From: Deinococcus radiodurans R1 = ATCC 13939 = DSM 20539 | GTDB lineage: Bacteria; Deinococcota; Deinococci; Deinococcales; Deinococcaceae | Direction: 5' to 3' | DNA: 32,000 bases | Assembly: GCF_000008565.1 (NCBI RefSeq) | Contig: NC_001263.1 | Location: 1,700,603-1,732,602, forward strand | In this document: in pieces, positions 17,771 to 28,958 of the stretch | Position numbering within the stretch: the stretch's first letter is position 1 | How the letters are laid out: the number at the start of each line of letters is the position of its first letter | Notes under the pieces: generated by a model | Told to the model about the DNA's origin: nothing | Database searches by the model: none | The model's input: only the letters and a program-made list of their open reading frames with translations | Program-made: the position numbers and the translations under genes

Positions 17771-18070
17771 CCCCTCACCCCTTTGCTCCGCAAAGGCCCT
17801 CTCCCACCAGTGGAGAGGGTCAAAAGATGCTTCGTCTCTTCTCTTATTTCTGCTTCTCACAAATAACCGAGAAACGCAGAACGCTAGGGCCGTCGGGCGC
17901 TGAAAGCGCACGGGCCTCGCGTCCGTAGAACTCACGAGCGTCCAGACTGCACGTGCAACGGAAGAACACTGCCCGCCACGCGCCATCACCGCCAGCCTCC
18001 TCAGCGGAGCGTTAAAGCCCCTGTCCCCTTTGGGGATAGGGGTTTGGGGTTGGGGCTAAACGCTCAGGCC
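17771..18070 (+). repeat. Structured ~300-bp non-coding repeat element, copy B (sense on the plus strand)
   Basis: It shares ordered blocks with the reverse complement of 24970-25197, including a 32-nt core (17886-17917, 31/32 identical). Hairpins at 17780-17796, 17797-17819, 17898-17910 and 18018-18042. Confidence 0.75.
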
Positions 18071-18137
18071 CAAGCCCCCACGTCTCCCAACCTCCCGCCC
18101 GCAGCCAAACTCCCAATTCCCACCCCCACCCCCCTGA

Positions 18138-18143
18138 TATGCT
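18138..18143 (+). promoter_or_regulatory. -10 box TATGCT
   Basis: 9 nt upstream of ATG 18153. Confidence 0.35.
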
Positions 18144-18152
18144 CACAACAGA

Positions 18153-19796
<1,644 letters not shown>

Positions 19797-19891
19797 ATGT
19801 GGGTGGCTTGAGTGCGGCTTGGCGGCAGGGGGGTAGGAGAGTCAACCTTTGCCCAAACCGGCCTTCACCCGCCTGACACGCCGCAGACGCT

Positions 19892-20152
19892 ATGAACAGC
19901 CCCATGACCGATCCCAAGAACGAGCCCAAAAATGAGCAAGGCGGCCTGCCCAACGATATAGGCAACGAGATGAGCGACCGCGCCGGCTACTACGACGAGT
20001 CCCCCAGCGGCGACACCGAAACCCCGGTGGGCCGCCCCTCCACCGACACCACTTCGCCTGGCGCGGTGCCTACCGTGACTGGCGACGACCGGGGGATGCA
20101 CCAGACCGGCACCAGCTTCGGCACGACGCCCGAAGACGACAAACTCATCTGA
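19892..20152 (+). CDS. Small acidic, low-complexity hypothetical protein
   Basis: 86 aa (alternative ATG at 19904). GC3-rich codons in frame, a strong terminator just downstream, and no recognisable domain. Confidence 0.5.
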   Translation: MNSPMTDPKNEPKNEQGGLPNDIGNEMSDRAGYYDESPSGDTETPVGRPSTDTTSPGAVPTVTGDDRGMHQTGTSFGTTPEDDKLI

Positions 20153-20170
20153 AGTTCTTAGCTCCCACCG

Positions 20171-20209
20171 CAGCACGTTGGCCCCGGATTCCGGCCCGCG
20201 TGCTGTTTT
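20171..20209 (+). terminator. Rho-independent terminator
   Basis: CAGCACG (20171-20177) pairs with CGTGCTG (20199-20205), with an inner CCGG-ATT-CCGG. TTTT follows at 20206-20209. Confidence 0.75.
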
Positions 20210-20226
20210 GCTGCCGCGCTTTGCCT

Positions 20227-20232
20227 TACACT
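20227..20232 (+). promoter_or_regulatory. -10 box TACACT (leaderless-type)
   Basis: 8 nt upstream of GTG 20241. It is part of a 13-mer shared with the miaA upstream region. Confidence 0.45.
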
Positions 20233-20240
20233 GACCGGCT

Positions 20241-21242
20241 GTGACCGCCGCGCCCCGCCCCCCCCACACCCTCTCCGTGGCCCCGATGATGGACTGGACG
20301 GACCGGCACTGCCGCATGTTTCACCGCACGCTGACCCGCCGGACGCTGCTCTACACCGAAATGGTCACGACCGGCGCGATTTTGCACGGCGACCAGGGGC
20401 GGCACCTGGATTTCAGCGCCCCCGAGCACCCCCTCGCCCTGCAACTCGGCGGCAGCGACGCGGCGGCGCTCGCCGAGTGCGCCCGGCTGGCCGAGGACTG
20501 GGGCTACGACGAGGTGAACCTCAACTGCGGCTGCCCGTCTGACCGGGTGAGCAGCGGTTCTTTCGGCGCCTGCCTGATGGGCACGCCCGACGTGGTGGCG
20601 CGGGCGGTGGAGGCGATGAGAGCCGCGACCCGGCTGCCAGTGACCGTCAAACACCGCATCGGGATCGACGACCTCGACAGCTACGAGCACCTGACCGGCT
20701 TCGTGCGGACAGTGGCGGCAGCGGGCTGCGAGCAGTTCATCGTCCACGCCCGCAAAGCGTGGCTCTCGGGCCTTTCGCCTAAGGAAAACCGCGAGATTCC
20801 GCCATTGCGCTATGAGGTGGTGCAGCAACTCAAGGCCGACTTTCCACAGTTAACCGTGGTGCTCAACGGTGGCGTCAAATCTCTTACCGAGGCGCAGCAA
20901 GCCCTCGCCTGGGCTGACGGCGTGATGATTGGCCGCGCCGCCTATCAGGAGCCGTACCTGCTCGCCGCCGCCGACCGTGACGTGTTTGGAGAAGATGCCC
21001 AGGCTGTCAGCCGCCGCGAGGCCATCGAAGCGTATCTGCCCTACGTGGCCGCACAGGTGGAAGCCGGGCAACCACTCAACCGCATGATGAAACACACCCT
21101 GGGCCTTTTCGCCGGGCAGCCGGGCGCGCGGCACTGGAAGCGGACGCTGAGCGAGCAGGGCCACAAGCCAGGCGCTGGACTGGACGTGGTTCGGGCGGCA
21201 CTCGCCGGGGTGCCGGACGACGTGCTGGACGCCAGAGCTTAA
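20241..21242 (+). CDS. dusA: tRNA-dihydrouridine(20/20a) synthase DusA
   Basis: 333 aa. SVAPMMDWTDRHCRMFHR, EVNLNCGCPSDRV and VKHRIGID are DusA hallmarks. Confidence 0.92.
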   Translation: MTAAPRPPHTLSVAPMMDWTDRHCRMFHRTLTRRTLLYTEMVTTGAILHGDQGRHLDFSAPEHPLALQLGGSDAAALAECARLAEDWGYDEVNLNCGCPSDRVSSGSFGACLMGTPDVVARAVEAMRAATRLPVTVKHRIGIDDLDSYEHLTGFVRTVAAAGCEQFIVHARKAWLSGLSPKENREIPPLRYEVVQQLKADFPQLTVVLNGGVKSLTEAQQALAWADGVMIGRAAYQEPYLLAAADRDVFGEDAQAVSRREAIEAYLPYVAAQVEAGQPLNRMMKHTLGLFAGQPGARHWKRTLSEQGHKPGAGLDVVRAALAGVPDDVLDARA

Positions 21243-21266
21243 AAAACCCCGCCAGCAACGGCGGGG
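21241..21266 (-). terminator. Rho-independent terminator for the minus-strand gene (its hairpin may also stop dusA)
   Basis: CCCCGCC (21247-21253) pairs with GGCGGGG (21260-21266). The plus-strand A6 gives a U-tract on the minus-strand RNA. Confidence 0.7.
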
Positions 21267-21285
21267 CATTCAGGCAGTAGGGGCG

Positions 21286-22065
21286 TCAGAACACGATAGG
21301 CAGCACGCCCACGCTGTCGCCGCCACAGTCCACCGTCACACCTTTGGGGGCGTCCGACACGGTGCAGCCCAGCGCGCGCAGGCCGGAGAGCGGGAAAATC
21401 AGGTTCTTGCCGTCGCTGGCGGGGGCCAGGGGCAGGTCCACGTTGCCGTTGCCGCGCTGAGCGGTCTTTTGCCCGGCGGTCACGGTCAGCGGGGTTTCGC
21501 CCGCCACGTTCATGCGGTACTTGCCCCCGCCGAGGCTGACCACGTTGACCACGCCGATCAGGTCCTTGCCCAGCAGGTAAGGCTGGCCCTTGACCACGCC
21601 AGCGGGCGCGGCAGGTTTGGCGGCTGCGGGCACGCTCACGGCGTCCACGATCAGCAGGGTTTCGTTGGCGCTCAGCGGCGCACTCAGCACGTAGGCGCCC
21701 GGTTTGCCCGCCGTGTCCTTAACGAGCAGGCTGCCCGACTGACCGTTGACTTTCCAGTCACCGACGGCCTGCGAGCCCAACGCCGTGCGGACCTGGGTGC
21801 GGGCCTGAGCGGCGGCCTGCTTGCTGTAGAGGCACACCGCCTGACGGCTGACTTTGAGCTTGCTGGGGCACGACACGAGTTGCCCACTCACGGCGCGGCT
21901 GACCGCAATCGCCACACCGCTCACCGTGCGGTCGGTCACGGGAGAAACGGTGGCAGCGGTTGCCTTGGCCGGGGCGGGCGCGGGAGCGGCGGTCTGCGCC
22001 AGAGCGCCGGGAAGCAGGGAGGCGGCGAGCAGGGCCGCGAGAACCATCGGGGAAGCGTGACGCAT
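21286..22065 (-). CDS. Secreted hypothetical protein with a copper-amine-oxidase-N-terminal-like C-terminal domain
   Basis: 259 aa from ATG 22065 (the track allows 22074). Signal peptide MRHASPMVLAALLAASLLPGALA. The C-terminal FPLSGLRALGCTVSD..KGVTVDC resembles the stalk domain. Confidence 0.6.
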   Translation of the reverse strand: MRHASPMVLAALLAASLLPGALAQTAAPAPAPAKATAATVSPVTDRTVSGVAIAVSRAVSGQLVSCPSKLKVSRQAVCLYSKQAAAQARTQVRTALGSQAVGDWKVNGQSGSLLVKDTAGKPGAYVLSAPLSANETLLIVDAVSVPAAAKPAAPAGVVKGQPYLLGKDLIGVVNVVSLGGGKYRMNVAGETPLTVTAGQKTAQRGNGNVDLPLAPASDGKNLIFPLSGLRALGCTVSDAPKGVTVDCGGDSVGVLPIVF

Positions 22066-22072
22066 ACGCCGC

Positions 22073-22078
22073 ATCTTA
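22073..22078 (-). promoter_or_regulatory. -10 box TAAGAT (leaderless-type)
   Basis: 7 nt upstream of ATG 22065 on the minus strand. Confidence 0.35.
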
Positions 22079-22148
22079 GGGGCCGCGCATGAGGGGGAAC
22101 TTTGAGTCGTGAGACAGGCTGCTCGCTCTGCCTAGGTTTCATCGCTTC

Positions 22149-22194
22149 GTCTGAGCGATTCAACCGCAATTGGTCCGAGCCCGCTCGTCTCAGA
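22149..22194 (-). repeat. Hairpin/repeat fragment spanning the SDR stop codon
   Basis: GTCTGAG (22149-22155) pairs with CTCAGAC (22188-22194). The interior GATTCAACCGCAATTGGTCCGAGC resembles the 13115-13152 repeat (CAATTGG, TCCGAGC). Confidence 0.45.
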
Positions 22195-23035
22195 CCTGCA
22201 AATAACCCTCGCTCAGCGCCCACAGCCGCGCCGCCGCGCCGTCGTCGAGGGCCTGAGGCGCGGGCGTGACCCGGCGCGCGTTGGCGTAGTAGCCGCCCGT
22301 GTGAACCGGCGCGCTGACCGCGTGCAGGCTGGTTTGCGCCCCTTGCTCGGGCGTGAGCGAAAAGCGGTCAAGCAGGCCGTAAGCCTGGGCAAAGCGTCCG
22401 CCGCCGTTTTTGCCGAAGCCGCTGGCGACCATGCCGGGGTGCAGCGACACGCTGAGCACACTGGGCTCGCGCCGCGCCAGTTCGCGGGCAAAGAGGATGT
22501 TGGCGAGCTTGCTCTGCGCGTAGGCGGGCCACGCCGCGTAGCCCCGGCGAAACTCGGGGTCGTCGAAACGGATGCGCCCGACCACATGCGCCGCCGACGC
22601 CACCGTGACCACCCGCGCGGGCACCCGGCGGGTCTCGCTGCTGCGCCGGAGCAGCGGCAACAGCTCACGGGTCAGCAGAAACGGCGCGAGGTGGTTCAGC
22701 GCCCAGGTCAGCTCGATGCCCTCGCGGCTTTCCTGGCGCTCACGGTGCAGCGCTCCGGCGTTGTTCACCAGCACGTCGAGTTCGCCGAAGCGCTCGCGGT
22801 ACTCGGCGGCGGCCCGCTCCACCTGCACCAGTTCGCTCAGGTCGGCCAGCAGGGTGCCGGCGGCGCCCACCTCGGCAGCCACCCGCGCCGTGCGCCCCGG
22901 GTCGCGGCCCACGATGACCACCTGTGCTCCGCGCCCAGCGAGTTCCCGCGCCGTTTCCAGGCCGATGCCGCCCGTGGCCCCCGTAATCAGAATGCGGCGG
23001 CCCGTCAGGTCCTGCGCTCCTTGCTGCGTGTTCAT
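22190..23035 (-). CDS. SDR family oxidoreductase
   Basis: 281 aa from ATG 23035 (the 442-aa track ORF reads on into the repeat region). [19 protein letters not shown] and YAQSKLANI (YxxxK). Confidence 0.88.
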   Translation of the reverse strand: MNTQQGAQDLTGRRILITGATGGIGLETARELAGRGAQVVIVGRDPGRTARVAAEVGAAGTLLADLSELVQVERAAAEYRERFGELDVLVNNAGALHRERQESREGIELTWALNHLAPFLLTRELLPLLRRSSETRRVPARVVTVASAAHVVGRIRFDDPEFRRGYAAWPAYAQSKLANILFARELARREPSVLSVSLHPGMVASGFGKNGGGRFAQAYGLLDRFSLTPEQGAQTSLHAVSAPVHTGGYYANARRVTPAPQALDDGAAARLWALSEGYLQV

Positions 23036-23042
23036 GACCCCC

Positions 23043-23048
23043 ACCATA
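23043..23048 (-). promoter_or_regulatory. -10 box TATGGT (leaderless-type)
   Basis: 7 nt upstream of ATG 23035. Confidence 0.35.
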
Positions 23049-23113
23049 AACAGCGCGGGCCCCGGCGACTGCACCCTGGAGCATTTGACAAAAAGAGTGC
23101 ACCGCTTTTTGGC

Positions 23114-23197
23114 GAGCGGAGCGAGTGCAAACCAACGAGCAGGACGGAGAATGGAGCGGGTGGCGGTGCTATTCCGACGCCTGCGTAATTCGGAGAA
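23114..23197 (+). repeat. Small non-coding repeat (GAGCGGAGCGAGTG family), second copy
   Basis: Exact 14-mer at 23114-23127, then ACGGAGA and AATGGAG blocks as at 13147-13240. Internal imperfect inverted repeats TTCCGA/TCGGA(G)AA. Confidence 0.5.
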
Positions 23198-23378
23198 CTG
23201 CTCTAGACCAAAAAAGAAGGGCCAACCCCCGAGGAATCGGCCTCCTGGCGCGGCGAACTTCACCCGGCCCGCCTGATTGTGATTGCGCTGATGGGCCCAG
23301 TGTACCCGGTGAACTGTCACCGACTTGTCACAGCGGCATGAGAGGACGGCCAATTTGTCTCCAGGCTCGCGGCTGGAT

Positions 23379-24302
23379 TCAATAAGCGTCACCCGGCGCC
23401 ACTTCGCCTTCCGGCGTGCGGCCTTGCAACACGTCGAGAATAAAGCTGCGGGCATAGGCCGCGCCGCGCTCCAGCAGGTCGGACGTGATGCTGGCGATGT
23501 GGGGCGTGATGACGACATTTTCCCGGTCCCACAGCGGGTGTCCGGCGAGCAGCGGTTCGGGGTCGGTCACGTCAAGGACTGCGCCGCCAAGGTGCCCCGA
23601 ATCGAGCGCCGCCAGCAGGTCGTCCGTCACGATGAGGTCGCCGCGCCCCTGGTTGGAGAGCCAGACGCCGGGTTTGAGGGCCGTCAGCCGCTCGGCGTTC
23701 ACGATGCCGCGTGTGCGCTCGGTGCTCGGCAGCAGCAGCACCACCCAGTCGGCCTCCGCGAGGCGGTAGTCCACGAGGTCGGGCTCAGTTTTCGAGGTCA
23801 GACCGTAGACCTGTGCGCCGAAAGGAGCCAGCAATTCCTCCACGATCTTGCCGATGTGCCCGTAGCCCCAGAGCACGACTTTTTGACCGTCGAGTGTGCT
23901 CAGGCCCGTGTCGGCCAGGGACGTTCTGACCCATTCGCCCCGCTGCTGGGCGTCGCGGAAGCGGTGCAGGCCCCGGCTGGCCGCCAGCATTCCGGCCACC
24001 ACATGCACTGCCACGGCGCGGTCGTGCAGGCGGTGGGCGTTGTAGAGCGCGGCGCCCTGAGGCAGCTTGCCCTGCACGTGCTCGATGCCCGCCGTGAGCG
24101 TCAGCACCCATTGCAGGCCCGGCACGCTCAGCAGCGCGTCGCGGGTGGCCCCGTTCGCCAGCCACAGCACGACGCCCTGGGCTTCGCCGTCCGGCACGCC
24201 CTTGTCGTTGGAATAGAACGCCAGCTCCGCGCCGGGCAGGAAGGTGTCGCCCGGCTGGGCCAGGGCATGAAAAGCAGGCAGGTCGGGAACAAGAACGCGC
24301 AT
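23379..24302 (-). CDS. D-isomer-specific 2-hydroxyacid dehydrogenase family protein
   Basis: 307 aa from ATG 24302 (GGAG 3 nt upstream; alternative ATG at 24314). [14 protein letters not shown] motif and ITPHIAS. Confidence 0.85.
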   Translation of the reverse strand: MRVLVPDLPAFHALAQPGDTFLPGAELAFYSNDKGVPDGEAQGVVLWLANGATRDALLSVPGLQWVLTLTAGIEHVQGKLPQGAALYNAHRLHDRAVAVHVVAGMLAASRGLHRFRDAQQRGEWVRTSLADTGLSTLDGQKVVLWGYGHIGKIVEELLAPFGAQVYGLTSKTEPDLVDYRLAEADWVVLLLPSTERTRGIVNAERLTALKPGVWLSNQGRGDLIVTDDLLAALDSGHLGGAVLDVTDPEPLLAGHPLWDRENVVITPHIASITSDLLERGAAYARSFILDVLQGRTPEGEVAPGDAY

Positions 24303-24351
24303 GGCTCCAGTCATAGCGCACCCGGCGGCTCCTGCGGGCGGGCAGCTCGCC

Positions 24352-24897
24352 CTACGCGTCTGCCCCGGCGCCGCTTTGCCATTCCTCGCGGGTGATTTCC
24401 ATGTGCACGTCTACCCGCTCGGGATACGTGCGGCGGCCCACCTCGCGGAAGCCGCACGCCGCGAAGGCCCGCTGGGCGCGGCGGTTGTGGCCGAAGGTGG
24501 TCAGGCGCACGCGCTGCAAGGCCGGGTTGTGGACCGCGAAGGCCCAGTGCAGCAGCGCCCGCACCCCGGCCCGCCCGTAGCCTTGCCCCCACAGCGCCGG
24601 GAACCCGATCATGATGCCGAGCGTGGCGGTGGTCGCCGTCAGCGGCGGCGAGGGGCGAAAGTCGTACAGCTCGGCGTTGCCGATGAGCCGCCCTGCCGCG
24701 TCCATGACGCCAAAGCCGGCGCGTTCGCCCGTCTTTTCCTCCTCCTGCATTACGCGCCGGAAGAGCCATTCGGGCATCCGAATCGGTTTGGCGTCGTTCC
24801 AGGCGGCGAGTTCGCGGTCGCGGAAAAAGGAATAGAGGGTGCGCCACTCGGCGGGCGTGAAGTCGAGGACCGGTTTGAGGGAAACGTCGGGGGTCAT
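24352..24897 (-). CDS. GNAT family N-acetyltransferase (RimJ/RimL-like)
   Basis: 181 aa from ATG 24897 (the track allows TTG 24918; the start is uncertain). LWGQGYGRAGVRALLHWAF and HNRRAQRAFAACGFREVG. Confidence 0.8.
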   Translation of the reverse strand: MTPDVSLKPVLDFTPAEWRTLYSFFRDRELAAWNDAKPIRMPEWLFRRVMQEEEKTGERAGFGVMDAAGRLIGNAELYDFRPSPPLTATTATLGIMIGFPALWGQGYGRAGVRALLHWAFAVHNPALQRVRLTTFGHNRRAQRAFAACGFREVGRRTYPERVDVHMEITREEWQSGAGADA

Positions 24898-24969
24898 AGG
24901 CGGCGTGGGGGACAGCAAACGGCTTCTGGGGGGGAGATGTCAAGGGGGCGGGCTGTTTTGGGGGAGCTG

Positions 24970-25197
24970 AGGCTCAGGCTTTAGCTTTTGGCCCCATCCC
25001 CCCGCCCCTTACCCCAGAGGGGCAAGGGGAGTTGACGTTGGCACTGGGCACCGGGCAGTGATGTCGCCAACTTCACGGTGTTCCTCAGTTGCGCGGACGG
25101 TCTGGATGCAGTCGTGTTTTGGAGTCGTGTCAGGCCCGTGCGCCTTCAGCGCCCGACGGCCCTTGAATTCTGCGTTTGTCGATTTTTGGGGGTGAGG
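24970..25197 (-). repeat. Structured non-coding repeat element, copy C (sense on the minus strand)
   Basis: Its reverse complement aligns block-wise with 17856-18070. Core 25132-25163 versus 17886-17917. Hairpin 25005-25015 / 25019-25029. Confidence 0.75.
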
Positions 25198-25238
25198 TGA
25201 AAGAGGCTGATTTCGTCTCTCACTTTCCGCTGGGCTTA

Positions 25239-26246
25239 TCACTTGACCAGTCCAGCGCGCACCACGTCTCTGGTCAGGCGGTCGAGGTGGTGGGCGTCGC
25301 CCTCGGCGCGCTGGACGGTGTGGGTCTGGGGGTCTATGACAAGCAGGGCGAGCAGGTCGGAGCCGCTGTAGCGCACGCAGACGCCGGGGTGGCCGGCCAG
25401 TTCGGTGCGGTCAGCGTCGCTCAGCACGGCCCAGGCGGGGTCTTGCGGCGTCAGGCCGAGGTGGGCGGTGGGCAGGTGGTGGGCGCGCAATTGGTCTTCG
25501 AGCCACGCCAGCGCCGCCGGGGTGCCGCCGATGATGCCCTGTTCCAGGCTGGGGCGCGGCGCGTTGTAGACGATGGGCCGCCCGTCGCGCCGCCGCAGTT
25601 CGCCGCCCGCCGCCCTCAGTAGGGCGTCGCCCGCGCAGATGTCCCACTCGGCGCGGGGGGACATGGAAAAGGTCGCGTCGGCCTCGCCCGCCGCCATGCG
25701 CGCCAGCTTGAGGGCGATGGAACCGCTCGGGAACATGCCGGGGATGTCGTGGCGGTGCAGTTCGCGCTGGTACTCGGTGTCGGACACGCTCAGGCGGAAA
25801 GTGGTAGGCGTAGATGGCTCGACAGGTTCGCTGTTTTTCTGCACCCCCTCCCCCACCACGCCGCTGAACAGTTCGTCGGTGGCCGGGGCATAGACCACGC
25901 CCATCACTGCCTCACCGCGCACCGCGAGGCCGATGCTCACGCAAAAGTCGGGGCTGCCGGTGGTGAATTCCTTGGTGCCGTCGATGGGGTCGATAATCCA
26001 CACCCGCTCGTGCCGCAGGCGTCCAGGCGAGTCCACTTCCTCCTCGCTGAGCAGGCCATCACCTGGAAAAGCGGCATGCAGGCCCGCCACAATCAGCGCC
26101 GACGCCTCGCGGTCTGCCGCCGTCACGGGGTCGTCGGCGCTGGTTTTGTGTTCTACGGTCAGCCCGGCGGCGCGGTGACGCAACAGCAACGCGCCCGCCT
26201 CACGGGCGAGGCGGACGGCGGTTTGCAGTTCGGGGGCGTAAAGCAT
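25239..26246 (-). CDS. Inositol monophosphatase/CysQ-family phosphatase with a ~75-aa C-terminal extension
   Basis: 335 aa. SEEE, WIIDPIDGTKEF and the WDICAG motifs of the IMPase/FIG superfamily. The tail after ~residue 255 is unassigned. Confidence 0.85.
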   Translation of the reverse strand: MLYAPELQTAVRLAREAGALLLRHRAAGLTVEHKTSADDPVTAADREASALIVAGLHAAFPGDGLLSEEEVDSPGRLRHERVWIIDPIDGTKEFTTGSPDFCVSIGLAVRGEAVMGVVYAPATDELFSGVVGEGVQKNSEPVEPSTPTTFRLSVSDTEYQRELHRHDIPGMFPSGSIALKLARMAAGEADATFSMSPRAEWDICAGDALLRAAGGELRRRDGRPIVYNAPRPSLEQGIIGGTPAALAWLEDQLRAHHLPTAHLGLTPQDPAWAVLSDADRTELAGHPGVCVRYSGSDLLALLVIDPQTHTVQRAEGDAHHLDRLTRDVVRAGLVK

Positions 26247-26252
26247 GGGAGG

Positions 26253-26258
26253 AGGATA
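26253..26258 (-). promoter_or_regulatory. -10 box TATCCT (leaderless-type)
   Basis: 6 nt upstream of ATG 26246. Confidence 0.4.
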
Positions 26259-26271
26259 GGGGAAGTGCGCG

Positions 26272-26520
26272 TCAGCCGCCCCATGCGCCGTTCAGTTGCT
26301 CGAGAGCGAGCAGCAGGAACACTGCCCCACACAGCGCATTGATTCCCCGATTTTCCTGTTTTTGCCACACCATCAGTGCGTACGCACACGCCGCCACACC
26401 ATAAACCGCTGCCAGGAGGGCTGCCCGCGTGGACTCGGCAGGATGACCGAACAACGCATACAGACCAGCCCCAGCCAGCAGAAGGAGCAGGCCCCAGTGC
26501 AGCGGCTTCAGCGTTGACAT
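26272..26520 (-). CDS. Small integral membrane protein (3 predicted TM helices)
   Basis: 82 aa. Hydrophobic stretches WGLLLLLAGAGLYALF, ALLAAVYGVAACAYALMVW and ALCGAVFLLLAL. Confidence 0.55.
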   Translation of the reverse strand: MSTLKPLHWGLLLLLAGAGLYALFGHPAESTRAALLAAVYGVAACAYALMVWQKQENRGINALCGAVFLLLALEQLNGAWGG

Positions 26521-26526
26521 GCCGAC

Positions 26527-26532
26527 AGTTTA
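26527..26532 (-). promoter_or_regulatory. -10 box TAAACT (leaderless-type)
   Basis: 6 nt upstream of ATG 26520. Confidence 0.4.
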
Positions 26533-26558
26533 CCCGACGTGCCGCCTTTCCCTACCGC

Positions 26559-27728
<1,170 letters not shown>

Positions 27729-27735
27729 GGCAGCC

Positions 27736-27741
27736 AGGGTA
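27736..27741 (-). promoter_or_regulatory. -10 box TACCCT (leaderless-type)
   Basis: 7 nt upstream of ATG 27728. Confidence 0.4.
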
Positions 27742-27822
27742 AAGCCTCGGGGGACAGGGCTGGCGGGGTCCGGGCTAGGAAGCTCCGCTCTTCCGGCAGC
27801 GATGAGGGCGGCCTGACGCCCG

Positions 27823-28422
<600 letters not shown>

Positions 28423-28427
28423 GCGGC

Positions 28428-28433
28428 AGTGTA
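28428..28433 (-). promoter_or_regulatory. -10 box TACACT (leaderless-type)
   Basis: 5 nt upstream of ATG 28422. Confidence 0.4.
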
Positions 28434-28467
28434 AGCCGCAGGGTCAGCCGGGGCCACAGGGAACAAG

Positions 28468-28502
28468 AAAAAAAAGATACCCAAGCGAAAGCCTGAGTAT
28501 CT
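28468..28502 (-). terminator. Strong rho-independent terminator
   Basis: Minus-strand RNA AGAUACUCAGGC-UUUC-GCUUGGGUAUCU (12 bp including 2 G-U) followed by U8. Confidence 0.85.
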
Positions 28503-28529
28503 TCTGTGTCTTTGTCCCGACTGTGCTGA

Positions 28530-28901
28530 TTATTTGACCGTGACGGTTCCCCAGCTTTTGCCGTTGACCACGACTTCAAAGGGACTCGTGCGCGGGACCG
28601 TGCCGGAATCGGTGTAGGTCAGGGCTTTCTGGACGACCGCCGCCGCGCAGGGGCCTGCCCAGCCTTTGCGGAAGGTGCCTTGCAAGCTCAGGCGCGAGGC
28701 CGTCCTCTCTGCCAGCGTCAGTGACTGGCCCTTTTCGCCGCAGTTCCATATGTCGATGTTGACGGTTACGGTCAGAGGTTCCGTCGCCCCGACGCTGGCA
28801 GGAAACTCCACGCTTCTGATATGCAGCGGCTCGACACCTCCCACCAGACCACACCCACTGAGACCAAGCGCCAGCAGAGCCACCAGACTCGTCTTTTTCA
28901 T
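28530..28901 (-). CDS. Lipoprotein, function unknown
   Basis: 123 aa. MKKTSLVALLALGLSGC has a lipobox (LSGC). Confidence 0.75.
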   Translation of the reverse strand: MKKTSLVALLALGLSGCGLVGGVEPLHIRSVEFPASVGATEPLTVTVNIDIWNCGEKGQSLTLAERTASRLSLQGTFRKGWAGPCAAAVVQKALTYTDSGTVPRTSPFEVVVNGKSWGTVTVK

Positions 28902-28909
28902 GGCCTGAT

Positions 28910-28937
28910 TCTGACAGAGAGACTGCTGGTCTGTCAG
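28910..28937 (-). promoter_or_regulatory. 8-bp inverted repeat between the polA stop and the lipoprotein gene start
   Basis: CTGACAGA (28911-18) pairs with TCTGTCAG (28930-37). It overlaps a CAGAAT -10-like box (28908-13) 6 nt upstream of ATG 28901. Confidence 0.35.
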
Positions 28938-28958
28938 TACGCCGGGAAAGTCGCCCCC

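Noticed and set aside
23036-23518. N-terminal 161 aa of the 442-aa ORF (22190-23518). Analogous upstream extensions exist for trmB (to 4722), polA (to 31829), argJ (to 27833), glgC (to 11472) and paiB (to 6349).
   Set aside because: The extensions run through repeat or intergenic sequence, add residues upstream of the well-known family N-termini, and bypass an internal start that has a -10 box, an SD or ATGA coupling.
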